37,044 nucleotides of DNA. Source: Anthoceros angustus. Its lineage: Eukaryota; Plantae; Anthocerotophyta. Position numbers and translations under genes: made by a program. Shown one piece after another: positions 21,466-33,800 of the stretch; the first letter of the stretch is position 1; each line of letters starts with the position of its first letter. The stretch covers positions 1-37,044 of the forward strand of contig VJWM01000365.1 of the NCBI GenBank assembly GCA_010909165.1, in the 5' to 3' direction. A model generated the notes under the pieces. It did not search any database. It was not told where the DNA came from and was given only the letters and a program-made list of their open reading frames with translations.

Positions 21466-22921
21466 ATGGACCCGTCCTGGACGCAGGAACAGCAGCGGCG
21501 CCTGCAGATGCTGTGCCCGGATGCTCTCTTCTTGCAGCATCAGCAGCATCAGCATCAGCAGCAGCTGCTGCAGCAGCAACAGCAGCAGCTGCGGCTGCTG
21601 GCGGTGCCGCTGGCGGACGCGGACTCCTTCCGCCGCTGCCTCGGAGCGCGTCGTCTCCCTGCCTATCGCGGCGGAATTCGGGAGGCCGCGTTCCAGATCC
21701 TTCTCCCGGGACCTGAGCGCGCTGGGAGCGGGGAACCCCGGTCGGGGCCAGGACGCGGCTGCAGTCGCGGAAGCTGCAGGAGCAGCAGAAGCGGAAGCAG
21801 GAGGAGGAGAAGTGGCAGGCGCAGGCCTGCGAGGAGAGCGCCATGGAGCAGGCGCTGCCGGACGACGTGCTGGAGCTCTGCCTGGTGCGGCTGCCGTGGC
21901 GGTGCCTGGTGCGGATGCGGCTCGTGTGCAAGCGGTGGCGGGCTTTGCTTCTTTCCGGCCCTTTCTTCGGCTGCGCGCGGTGTCCGGCTTCCACGAGCCC
22001 TGGATGTTCATCTTCGCCGGAGTCGCAGAACAGCGAGGCGGCCATCCTGGCCTACGACCCGGTGTACAAGAAGTCGCACTTCATCCGCGCGCCGGCCATG
22101 GCGGGAAGGAGCCACTACTCGCTGGTGGCGGGGCGGGCTGGTGTACCTCGTGGGAGGCGGCGGGACCGGGACCGCGGCCTGCTCTTCGGCCTCCGCGCTG
22201 GCCTACAACCCGGTGAGCAATGCGTGGAGGAAGATGCCCCTGATGCACCACGGCGGGACTCGCCGGCGGTGGGGGTTCTGGAGGACAAGGATGGCCGGAC
22301 CCGGCTGGTGGTGGCGGGGGGGAAGGGTTTGTCCCGCCGCAGCCTCTGCTCCGCGGAGCTGTACGACCCGGCCACCAACAGATGGAACTACATCACCTCC
22401 CTCCCGCCGCCCTTCAAGGAGGTGCGCTACGGGGCAGTGCACAATGGGAAGCTGCTGGTGTACAACAGGAGGCTCAACCTCACCAACGAGGTGGCGGCCT
22501 ACGACACGGACCGAGGGGTTTGGACGCGGCTGCCTATGACGCACAGCCCCGGGGCGCCGCCCAAGTACCACCACTTCCACCTCATGTCCTGCGGGGGGAA
22601 GCTGTTCAAGGTGGAGGATGGGCCGCACATGAAGGAGGACACCTCTATCAGCGTGTGGCGGCTGGAGGAGGCCCGGATGGAGTGGGTGGAGGTGGCCAAG
22701 ATCCCGCCCTTGGACAAGGGCACCTGGCTGTGGTATATCGGCTCTGTGGAGGGAAGGACGGCCAGTGCCTCATCTACCTCTACGAAGTCAACTACCCCAA
22801 CCTCATGAGCATCCGCTGCTGCGTCTGCGACTTGCGCACCGGGAAGGCGCATTGGCAGTGGGTCACCGACATGCCCTACATGGTGCACCCCAACGATCTC
22901 ACCGCCATTGTGCAGCTGTGA
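21466..22921 (+). CDS. F-box/kelch-repeat protein, intronless, with N-terminal polyQ extension; several frameshifts
   Basis: F-box LPDDVLELCLVRLPWRCLVRMRLVCKRWRALL (21855 onward). Kelch blades AYDPV, AYNPVSNAWRKMP, VVAGG..SAELYDPATNRW, AYDTDRGVW, LMSCGGKL..VWRL. The N-terminal start at 21466 is less certain than the F-box at 21843. Confidence 0.9.
21535..21588 (+). repeat. CAG/CAT/CAA trinucleotide tract encoding QHQQHQHQQQLLQQQQQQ
   Basis: Read directly from the sequence. Confidence 0.95.
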
Positions 22922-23873
22922 ATGGGGTTTGACACGCAGAGCCACAGAACGCCTGTGGTTGTAAAATGTGTACAAAAGATACGATTAGCTCTTCCCTCCG
23001 CCCTCTGCCTCAGGTGTATGCTGCAGCTCTCACTGATGGGTGGGAAGGAAGATGCAGCTCGGAAGTCCTAGGCTGGAAGTGACAGGCTGCTTTCCTTCTT
23101 CCATGGAGCAAGCACCTTCGGATTTTCTTTTTGCAGCTGGAGGTTGGGTGGGAAGAGTGCAGCTCTATACTATGTAGGTACATATGTCACGTTACTTCTA
23201 CCGAGTACAGTATTCATTCATATGCAGGTCATTGACATCCTGAGTTCATGCTGAGCCACGGCGTTGAGGTGCTCGCACTACAGCAACAGGCTTGCTGCAC
23301 AATACAGCACAGCACCCTTCATTGCCTCCAACGGTGTCTGCGAAGAAGGGCAAACGTCCTCCCTGGTTCTGCAGCATGTTTCGGGCAAGGCCGCAGACTA
23401 AGAGTCCCAAATGGTCGCCTCATCCTCAAACTCCCAGTCTGTCGCCGGGGATGAAGATGTATTACCTTCCTAACCGGACGCGGGAGAGTTCTGTCAAGTT
23501 TAGAATGCCACGGGTCGTCGCTACATATGCACACCCAGCTGTGAGCACGCTTTCGTCCATTCAGGCACAGAGCGTTTGTCAAAATTAATTCACAATTCTT
23601 TTAACTGACCAAGTGTTTCCAACTGCCAGTGTGTCGTCTGTTGCTACGATGTGATTTGCATCTCTGAGATTCGCCGGCCTTGGTTCATTATTGAGAGGCA
23701 CGGCACTTTCAGGTGTGCAAACTGGCTGTTGTGATGGAAACTGTATGCAGCCGGAAGATGGGCTGGCAAACCCCTAACCCATGGGAGAGACCCCTAAATT
23801 CAACCCACCAGCGCGGTATTCTTGTTTGCTGTGTTGGAGTGCTGCGGCCGTCAAGCCTGATTGTTTTGTGGAA

Positions 23874-25553
23874 ATGGCTAGTGAGGCCATCGACGACGCA
23901 ATCGCACATCTGGATGGTTTGATTGCTAGCCTTGAGCCCCGCAGCTCGGGAGCCGATGTCACGCCTGATTCTGCTGCAGCCCCGGCAACTGCTGATAAGC
24001 CCCTTGTTCCTCCTTCGTCACAAGTAGGTTCTTCACTTTTGCGGCACATGTGACCTAAATTCTTGAGGGAAGGATAATGCATGACTGCAGTCTCTCCTCC
24101 CTGGAACCTCTAGCCACATGTGGCAAATGCATCGATTTGTGGGCAGGCCCTAGATAGACACAACCGTGTTTTGGTACATTGACATGTGCACTGATTAAGC
24201 ACTCGTCTACAAGGGACCTGCCTGCTGCTAGGGTTTGCGCACTAAGAACTCGTGGTTGGCAGGGAGAAGCTAGTCCGGACGTAGTTGCCCTGACCCAGGA
24301 AAAGGCTGTTGAGCAAGCACATGGCGGTGTTGGGGAACAGACAGAACCAGTACAAGGTTCCGAGCAGACCAAACCAAATGTCCGTGACGTGCAAGGAAGA
24401 AACCTCGTGAGTTCATTTGACTCTCTCTCTCTGGAGCTCGCCACCGCCTTGATTATACTTCGCATAAGGAAGACATGAAACTGACAAGTTCCTGTATCTT
24501 GTGTTGAGCAGTTAAAACTCCTGGAGCCACTCCTCCAAAGCCCTCCGTCGTTGCACTTTCTGCTGATGCAGACAACTTTAAACAAAGCCCATTTGCAGGT
24601 GATGAATCGCACAAACAGCTTCGATCAAGCACGTTATAAGTGTGTCATGTCGTCATGAACTCTCTTGTTCATTTCTGGGCGTGGTGCAGGTTGGACTGGT
24701 GCTATCTGTTGACAATCACCCAGTCTCCGAAAAGCTGTATTGCTGCAAAGTTGAAGTGGCTAATGGAGAAATTCGTAGGTGTACACATCTTTGCTGCTTC
24801 CTTGTCTCTCGAAAGTTGTCTTATGTTTGTTTGACCAGCGTCGCGTCAGGTTACTAAGCTCCATGTGCCTCATGTTCTTTATGGTGTGTCTTGTTTGCAG
24901 GTAGTGGCAGGTCTTCGAAAGTTCATACCATCTTCAGAGTTAGTTGGAAAGAAAGTGTGCGTAATTTTGAATCTAAAGCCTGCAAAGCTAGCTGGTGAAG
25001 TGAGTGAGGCGATGATCACTTGCAGGTGATGGACGATCACAGAACGGAGATGAAATCGTGAAGGTATGTATCCGCAAGACATGGGCAGCTGCCATGCTCT
25101 TCTGTCCTTACTTGAAGGACCATCTCATGGCTGGTGCCTTGTCTCTGTGTGAAGGTTCTCGAGCCTTCTCCTGAAGTCTCAGTCGGAGACCGGGTCTATA
25201 TTGAGGTTTGCTTCACATTGCCTCAGCATCTAGTTCGTCCTTGCGATCTAGCTAACCTCCTAACATCAGCTTACTTCTTCTCAGGGAGGCGCTCCCAGTT
25301 CAAGTCCTGCCAAGCAATTAAGCTCAAAAATCTGGGAGAAAATAGTCCCATTACTCAAAGTTGAAGGTACAGGGAATTGAACCTAATACCCTCAAAACCT
25401 GAATGTGAGCACAATATTCTCTGCTTGCTTTTTGTCACAGGTCTAACGTTTGTGCATTTTGTGCAGGTATTGCAAGATTCAACGGCACGCCTTGGTGACA
25501 TCAGCAGGAGTGGTCAAAGTACCTGTTCTTCCAGACGGGCTGGCATTCATTAA
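23874..25553 (+). CDS. Stand-alone tRNA-binding OB-fold (Arc1p/EMAP-II/Trbp111-like) protein, multi-exon
   Basis: Exons give VGLVLSVDNHPVSEKLYCCKVEVANGEIR|QVVAGLRKFIPSSELVGKKVCVILNLKPAKLAGEVSEAM..|KVLEPSPEVSVGDRVYIE|GGAPSSSPAKQLSSKIWEKIVPLLKV, the typical tRNA_bind signature. N-terminus MASEAIDDAIAHLDGLIASLE. Short GT-AG introns. Confidence 0.85.
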
Positions 25554-25594
25554 CGAGGTCTATTCCATCTTGGACATATTACGGTTCTGTGAAA

Positions 25595-26086
25595 ATGGAT
25601 GGTCCCATCCACCATATTCCATTGGCTAAAGACCCGTCTCAATTTGCTTCATCAAGGTCTTCCAAGTTCAGAGGCATATGTACAAACGTTTTACCACCAG
25701 TGGCATGTACCATGTACCGGCTCGAGGAACCACATCAGTTCTCTGTGCCCCTTTCAGAGGAGCAAACCTCGTTTAACATGAACGAAAAGGCTGAGAACTC
25801 ACTTCCTGAAACGGATGCCCAGAAACTTCTGGAGGACTTATTACTCCATAAAACAGAGCCAGGCGCTCACGTTCAGCATGGTTTCCTGTGCCACTTGGCA
25901 AACCACCACTCTGTTTCCAGCGCCACATCCGTCAAGTTCTTGCGGTCGCATCAGAACCATCACATTTTGCAAGGTTTGACGACAAACAATCCAGGTTCAA
26001 ACAGCTGTCCTCTTCCAGTGCACTTCACCGCATCGGAAAGTGAAGATGTCGGCTACATGCGTCCACCTCCGATTCTTTTTAATTAG
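25595..26086 (+). CDS. Hypothetical ~163-aa ORF, no recognised homology
   Basis: Uninterrupted ORF MDGPIHHIP...DVGYMRPPPILFN starting ~40 nt after the tRNA-binding gene stop, followed by AT-rich sequence. Confidence 0.35.
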   Translation: MDGPIHHIPLAKDPSQFASSRSSKFRGICTNVLPPVACTMYRLEEPHQFSVPLSEEQTSFNMNEKAENSLPETDAQKLLEDLLLHKTEPGAHVQHGFLCHLANHHSVSSATSVKFLRSHQNHHILQGLTTNNPGSNSCPLPVHFTASESEDVGYMRPPPILFN

Positions 26087-26796
26087 TATTTTGAAACTAA
26101 ATCAAAACAAAACCCGGGGAGAAATCTCGATAGGTGGAACCATGAGCCGAGGACCTGGTTTGACGACCAAAATAGCTTTGGATGAGCCAGGCGAGTCGTT
26201 TTGCTTGCTTGATGTGTCACAACGTCGGGGCTACTCCGAGTTCTACTAGAAGAAGAAGTCTGCATTCTACCCTGGATAAATGTGTCTTATATAAATATTA
26301 ATCTCTCTGAAATTATCATTTCTGATCTACTCCCAAAATTTTTAAAAGTTTTTGGATAAGTGTAGGATGTTAACTGAGGGAAAAACGGACTTCATAATAT
26401 TATGCTAATAAATATTAAAATATTATTATATCTTAAAATATATGTTATTAACTAAAATATGGTATTCGAAGATAAGACTCATTCTAACATATTATTTAAA
26501 CTAAAATATCATAATGATTATGAGTTAATTAAGGTTTATTGTTGTGTATTGGTTTATTAAATAATTGAAAAATATAATATAATTATGGATACATGTTTGT
26601 TACACTTGGATAATTGTCATGCTATATTTACTCCTGTATGTATTATGGTCCACTTGGATGGAATCTTTCTATCATGGGACGTGGTACTTAAGAACTAGTA
26701 CCATGGTGTGAATAAGCGCACACTAAGCTACATGCACCAAGGGCATCCACACTCCTTTAAACACTCCATTTAAGAATGCTAACAAAAATGTTCTTA

Positions 26797-26856
26797 TAAG
26801 AAGAAGAAGAATTTTATTGTGCACTAGAATTAAATTCCATTTATGTGAGTCCACTA
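26797..26856 (-). mobile_element. Third AATAAAATTCTTCTTCTT tail (minus strand), body not matched
   Basis: Reverse complement reads TAGTGGACT-(~30 nt)-AATAAAATTCTTCTTCTTCTT, sharing both terminal words with copies 1 and 2. Confidence 0.4.
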
Positions 26857-27464
26857 TAAATGTGTGTCCATTTAGCTTAATGTGGAATACCGAGTCATGA
26901 CATCCACATGTTTTTAGGTTGTGGATGTGTGGTTGATCGATGTCGCCAACCTACCCCATAATGCACGAAAAGATTTCACGGTACCACGAAACTTTTCTTC
27001 TCTTGGGTTTAGGTTGCATTTAGGTCATTTTGCGTTGCGCGCCATTACGCAATATTCATCTCCGTCACGCAGCATCCACATTTCTTTAGGGTTGTCAGCG
27101 GTTGCGTTAGCAACTCACTGCTCACATGTTTTCGGCTCCTAAGAGACGCGGGTCACTCTACGGCAGCACGGATCGGCATGAGGAACAAGGTGTTGGATGT
27201 TCGGGCCATCTGCACGTGTTGGCCGTGGATGCTAGATTCAAATGACTATCATCTTGGTCTCTGTCCCATACATCAAGCTGCAAGCATAAGAAGCATCTTA
27301 GTAGTCAACCACATGAAACATATTTGCACCTCCTTCGCACATCTGGTGAAAACAACACGTCTAAGCGGAGGATTTGCATTCGCCGCCAATGCGGCCATAC
27401 TTGCGAACAAAAATTTGTATACGTGTCTTGCCGCTGTTTAACATGAATGTGTGGTGATCGGATC

Positions 27465-27483
27465 AAACCCTAAAACCCTAAAC
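27465..27483. promoter_or_regulatory. Tandem telo-box / short interstitial telomere-like motif
   Basis: AAACCCTAAAACCCTAAAC ~310 nt upstream of the putative gene at 27797. Confidence 0.45.
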
Positions 27484-27796
27484 AAGAAAACATGTGCATG
27501 ACACAATCAGAACACTGGGCCTATGATCGTATCCTTTACAAAGTTTTTGCCTGCGTCTGGTGATGTGATCGTATTATATGTGTATTGTATGCAAGTATCT
27601 AAAAGATGCCGTGGCATATTTCCGTAGCGTACACCCCAAAAAAGTCTCACACGCTCCCGTGTGACAGATCGCTATTCCATAGCCTAAGGCCATTTGGATA
27701 CGCATCTTACTAGCGGGGATTTGTTTCTTTATTTTATTTTATTTTCTTAAAGTTGAAGGTTCCATTTGTCAGTGCCATGCCATGCTGCATGCATAC

Positions 27797-29956
27797 ATGA
27801 ATTTCAAGAGAAGGTTGAACTTGCCAAGTTCTGGTCCCTCCTCGAGTAGGCCTGAGACAAGGTTCCCTTTACGCAAGCACATCCCTATGCTTCTCAGTAT
27901 CACGGTCTTTCCATGTGTATCTGATCTCCACTTGGACAGCCCTCTGGTAGCGACAGCGGCTCCAAGATCTGCTTTGATTACTCTAACATAATCCCAGCTC
28001 CTGATTCAGTGTCTTCCTGCTAGTCACGGCAATGTAGAGATACCGATCTGGACTCCGGGAGCAGACGAGATTCTTGTTTTGAGCTGTTCACGTGTTCCGT
28101 CTGTCGACCTTCTCTGCCTTGCCATGACAGCGTGACTCCTGTCTCATATGTGTTGTTCTTTGGCCTGCGGGTTTCGGACTAGCTTCTCACGATGCTCCGT
28201 CTATGTGCTACTGCTGTAACGGTACCTGTAGCCAGGGGAATCTTTGCCTTACTGGCCACGGGCCACGGCTACATGTACGCCATGACCACCAACCTGCCGA
28301 GGAAACCAGACTTCCCGATGGCCTGCAATTGGCAACCCCGGCCTGATGGTGAAGACTCGAAGAGGATGCTCCGGCACAAAAGTCTGTCTTCTCCTACTGG
28401 CTCTGGAGGTGTGGATCAATAACACCATTTTCCGTGCAAAGCGCAGCCACAATTCCTGGTTTACAAACCTCGTGTCCACATTTACATAAACGGCTAGGGT
28501 CGTGGTGGTCACGGGTCATTGCAGAGGAAGGTGGCGCGTCACGACCTGGTTGTTCGCAGGGCAATCACGGGTCGTGACCGGAACTGGTCAGGAGAACCGT
28601 TATGCCCTAATCACCAACCAACCACGGCTAACACCATGGGATAAATGTAGGAAATATTTACAGTCTAGCGAAAGTAGCGGGCGGAGGTTTCCGTCGCAAG
28701 GCGGACAGTGCGGAGATCAGGACCAGCTCAGATTGTCGTCGAGCGCGGGCGCGCTGTGCCTCTTTCCAGCTCCAGATTGGCTACCCGGCCTTAGCTCGTA
28801 TCCTTCCGCAGGCCCCAGATCCATGCTTTCTGCGGTTCTGCTTACGGACATGACTGCTGCGATTGTTGAGTGATTGCTGTCGTCTCAAGAAGCGCCGCAT
28901 TCGGGATCGGAGTGCTACAGCATCTTCTTGTCGGGAGATTTGTTGCGCAAGAAGGCACAGCAACGGCCTGCTGCTTCCTCAGTCGATCGGAAGGATTTCC
29001 TGAAGAGGTGATAATCTTGAGAGAGAAGGGCGTGTCGTCGGGCTGGCCCACGGGCTGCATAGAGTATTAAATCTGGAGGATTCCCGGGCGCAAGGTGGAA
29101 TACAGGTGTTGCTTCTGATCTGTAGCGGGATTTGGAGGCTTCTGTGGTGGGGGATGGAGGAGGTTGTGTAGTGCTGTACGGGGGAATCCCGTTGAAGGTG
29201 GATCCGAGGCTGTTAGCAGGGTTTGAATTTCCCGATTCGTGATCTCGGAGTGTCACGGGTTTGGGACACAAGCCGCAAGCTGGTTTCAGGAGCTGTGAGA
29301 AGAGAACTTGATGTGGAGGCAATCGCGGACAGGAATCTCCTTGCCAACCAGGCAGGGCAGGGCTGTGCTGGGAGCAACAAGAGCTCAGAGATGTGAGGGA
29401 TGTCAGGATAAGCAATGCCAGCTGAGCTTACATGTTGAGGTGCGAACCTGTTTGTGAAGTATGCTGGATCTTCTGTTGCCGTGTACGCGTGTTGAACCTG
29501 GGCTGGGTAGGTCAGCTGTGTCTTGCTGGAATCGAAATCTTGGCTTTTGTCATGGCTAGTGCCACAAACTTTGTTTTCGGAGGAAAGCTGTGTTTGTGTC
29601 CTAACCAATTTGGACTTTTGTTGACACAATGCAATGCTTTCATCCTTCCCTGATCTGTCAAATTGGTGTGCTGCAGTGCTACTTGGAAGCGCGCACATTC
29701 TTCGGTATCACATCCCTCACCATGAGTGAGCATCTTGTGATTCTGACCGTCATTGTGTTCGTTCTTGTGGCAATCAAGCAAGCATTCTTCACCGTAGAGC
29801 TCGATGGATACTTTGAAGCTGCCTCAAGCCAAGCAGTTCCTCAGTACAGAACTTCTTCATGTTCTTTTCCTTGCCATTGTGGGTATAAACCTCTTTCTGG
29901 CCATGAACACTTTTAGCTCATACGAGAAGAAGTACAGAGAGCAACGGCGATGGTAG
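27797..29956 (+). CDS. Unidentified probable membrane-protein gene (frameshifted; exon structure unresolved)
   Basis: Start MNFKRRLNLP..HIPMLLSITVF(HVYLIS) resembles a signal anchor. T-rich intron ~29470-29677 ending CTGCAG. Last exon has two hydrophobic segments (HLVILTVIVFVLVAIKQAFF; LLHVLFLAIVGINLFLAM) and a basic tail YEKKYREQRRW-stop after a frameshift. Intervening DNA is GC-balanced and coding-like. Confidence 0.4.
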
Positions 29957-30291
29957 AACGGCTCGGCTCGGTGCGCGTGGAGGCAGCAGAATGCTATTTA
30001 AAATTCCTAGGTAGAGCGCTGGAGATTTGTACCTGCATATGAACAATCAGCGGACCAGGTGGAGGTATTGCTAATTGTTTGCTCATGTTAAAGTTACCAT
30101 GCCAAACTCTTATTTAATCATTGCTCACTTCTCTTATTTCAATTATTATATAACTTTTTATTTAATAGTATATTTTACATTTTATGTCTTATACTAACAG
30201 TATATAATATTAATATATAAAATCTCATACTAATACATGCTCACATTGGAATAGAAGTCTCTAGGTTAGACTTACAAAATGTTTAGACGAC

Positions 30292-30496
30292 ACCAACATC
30301 CTGGTTTCTGGGAAAAGAATACTTTATTATTAAAAATAGAAAAATCCTTCCACCCAAAAACAAAGGGGAAAAACCCAGCGAAAGGCACCATGCCGGGGAC
30401 TAGCTCCTCGATCACGCATTGGCACCATGCAGAGACTAGCCCGATCACACATTTCAGACTACCCACCACAGGAAGGTAGACCAACATCCTGGTTTC
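30292..30496 (-). mobile_element. 171-bp insertion (30309-30479) flanked by a perfect 17-bp target-site duplication; 5'-truncated retroposon-like
   Basis: ACCAACATCCTGGTTTC at 30292-30308 and 30480-30496. On the minus strand the insert ends TTTTTAATAATAAAGTATTCTTTTCCCA and has an internal 37/33-bp tandem repeat (30384-30453). Confidence 0.65.
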
Positions 30497-30899
30497 GCGT
30501 TTGAAGGATGCCTTCTTGCAAGTCATTGCTTTTAGAGAGCCGCCCACTTGTTTCGGTTTCTCTATTTGATCTCTTCTAGCCAATATTCGGAAGTTTATTA
30601 TATCATAGGTTTTGGAGCTTATTTAAACGCAATCCATGTTTACCAAAAATATAGCTCTACAAACTTGTTGAGTATCCAAGTCCGGCATAGGATCCTATGC
30701 TTGCTTCTTCAAGCGGTGCTTAATTAAGGTAAGACATTCGGTGCCATTTATGACAAAGAAGAAGCGACCACAACAACCTCCGGACACATAAGGAAGGCTG
30801 GATATAGTGCACGGAATACATTCCATGCCTTCAACCCATGGCTGATCAATGACTACTTTCATATGGACCACGGCTTTGCACCAATTCTCTTGCAACAGT

Positions 30900-33800
30900 C
30901 GCCTCGGGAATATTACGATATTTCTCCTCTCTTCTACATGCTAGTCCTTGCTTACATGGAACGTGGAGCAAGCTATCTAATACCTCTATCCCACAGGCGT
31001 GTGACATGAGAAATCACCCAATGTAATAAGCGGAAGCGCACTGGCAAGTGCCAACGACCAATGCCATTTGCAAATGCAACACTTCCCACTACCCCACTAG
31101 GGTCCATTGGACCACCAGATATTTCACGGTTTTAATTTTACTATTATCATTGGTAACTTTTTTATCGTCCCAAGGCACGGGCATAAACTTCCTTGAGTGA
31201 GTCCTTGACATGGGACGTTAGTTAAATAAAACTTGACTTGGAAAACTTACAAAATTTGAAGAGATAATGTACTTCATCATCATAAATGAAAACAAAACAT
31301 GAAAAAGAATAGAGCTTCCATCAATAATCGAAGATAAGAATAAAAGCACAAATAATAAAGAATAGATTGATTTACACACTATTGGAGAGGAAGAAGTTTT
31401 GATCAATTAATCACCACAATCAATAAAAAAAATCATAGTCTACTTAGAATAGGTTAATCTACTATTATAGAAGAGAATAGAAATCTCTTTCAACTATCAA
31501 CTAACATTGAAGATATTAACGAAGAATTCTATTTTCTATATTTCATTGGTATGAAATATTTTGAAAATATTCAAATGTATGGAAAAGTTCTCTACCAATT
31601 GTTTCACCTATAAACAAGTATTTTTCTATAATAATAATTTATAGTACATTTGAATCAATATTGTGATATGAAAAGTCACTTTCGCACCTTCATGACTTCT
31701 CATCGGTGATTTCGAGGGGGTTGCAGTGTCATTGCTAAAAGCAGCTTGGCCAAGCTTTTTGAGTTCATCCTCTTAAGGACCCCTCCATCCCAGGCGCTGA
31801 GAGCTAGGCTCGCTCTTGCTGGGAAGGCGCAATGCTTGGGTTCTAGCTCGTCCACACATATGGGCCCGGTTTTCACATCCCACCAACCTCCTTCATTCAT
31901 GTTACGATTCCGTGTTGGCTTAGTTCGGTCTGTGGCTTCTTTACTTCGCTTGCCTTGTAGGATACATTTTGTATGTTGCTCCCAAAGTCAGCGCATTTAC
32001 CCATAACGCCATTCGTAATATCATATGCTATAGCCCTTGGCTTCATAACTTGGAGGGGGCGGTGATACACTCTTTATACAAGTCGGTCCTCATGGCCAAC
32101 TTGTCTCATTCATGACGACCAAGTTTAGGCGGGCGTGGTCACTAATCCTGCATGACACCACCTCTACTTAGGTTATCACCAACCATCCAGGGTTGACTGC
32201 TTTGATGCAACGGCTCTCAAGGTGGAAAATTTGGCGTTTTCGCTCACCTTAGGGCGTATGGGACAATGGTTGAGGACTTCAATAAATCAAGTCCTGCGCC
32301 AAACTATGTGCATGCCAGGTGGGCTGTCCTCTTTTACTTCTGGCAGCCTTCAAACGGCATATTTCATTGCTCATCATAGAATTTCTGGCGATCCTCCACA
32401 ATGCAAGCAGGCAGTGATGCATTCTCCTTTCCTCTGTTGTGGTTACTCTTCTTGCATATGATATTGTTGGCAATAAGTGACTTTAGATGGGGAAACAACA
32501 TAATATTTGAAGCGGCTCAATATACAAGAAGGGGCTTATGGGGTACATATACGGTGAAGGGGCTTCTCGATGGGCAGCGAAATGGGGTTTTGCCCGTTAT
32601 GGTAACGCCAATGTTTGGAAAAGTAGGGTCTAAGATACAGCCCTAAGTGTATACATATGTGTTCTAGTGTTCAGCGATGGTCGTTGACTTCCATGGTCAC
32701 GTAGTTTTCTAAATATGCCATTTGTCGGGTGATGGAAGGTGAAATATGGATAAGTTTAGGGTATGAGATTTGAAACATGGGGAAGAGAGCCTCCCGTGAT
32801 TGAATACCATCCTTGAGGGTTTTAATTTTTACTATTATCATTGGTAACTTTTTATCGTCCCAAGGACGGGCACGCCAAAACTTCCTTGAGTGAGTCCTTC
32901 AAAGATGGGGACGTTAGTTAAATAAAACTTGACTTGGAAAACTTACAAAATTTCAAGAGAGATAATGTACTTCATCATCATAAATGAAAACAAAACATGA
33001 AAAAGAATAGAGCTTCCATCAATAATCGAAGATAAGAATAAAAGCACAAAATAATAAAGAATAGATTGATTTACACACTATTGGAGAGGAGAAAGAAGTT
33101 TTGATCAATTAATCCACCACAATCAATAAAAATGCAGTAGTCTACTTAAGAATAGGTTAATCTACTATTATAGAAGAGAGAATAGAAATCTCTTTCAACT
33201 ATCAAACTAACATTGAAGATATTAACGAAGAATTCTATTTTCTGATATTTCATTGGTATGAAATATTTTGAAAATATTCAAATGTATGGAAAAGTTCTCT
33301 ACCAATTGTTTCACCTATAAACAAGTATTTTTCTATAATAATAATTTATAGTACATTTGAATCAATATTGTGATATGAAAAGTCACGCCTCCTTCATGAC
33401 CTTCTCATCGTTGATTTCGGGGGGTTGCGAGTGTCATTGCTCGAGAAAAGCCTTGGCCAAGCTTTTCACCATCCTCTTAAGGACCCCTCCATCCTCAGCG
33501 CATGAAGAGCTAGGCTCGCTTTTTGGGAAGGCGCAATGCTTGGGTTCTAGCTCGTCCACACATATGGGCCCGGTTTTCACATCCCACCAACCTCCTTCAT
33601 TCTGCGCACGATTCCGTGTTGGCTTAGTTCTGGCTTTTTACTAATGCGCTTGCCCTTGTAGGATACATTTTGCTTGTTGCTCAAGGGGTCAACGACCACC
33701 CATAACGCCATTCGTAATATCATGTTCGCTATAGCAGCTGCCATGGCTTGAGGGAGCAGGTGATACACTCTTTATACAAGTCGGTCACCATGGCCAACTT

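Noticed and set aside
21010-22539. Long alternative and antisense ORFs (333, 259 and 357 aa) over the F-box gene
   Set aside because: Shadow frames of very GC-rich coding DNA with few stop codons; low-complexity products with no motifs.
2737-22921. Programmed frameshifting or RNA editing as the cause of the broken frames
   Set aside because: Indels are numerous, unpatterned and also seen between the non-coding duplicate copies. Plant RNA editing is substitutional and organellar. Sequencing error is far more parsimonious.
27150-27440. Minus-strand MFHVVDY..AC suggesting another SWIM remnant
   Set aside because: Too degenerate to support.
28820-29060. PLAC8 or metallophosphoesterase identity for the unknown gene (FCGS..D..QE; LLTD..GDL)
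   Set aside because: Matches are only 2-4 residues, need arbitrary frame switches and conflict with each other.
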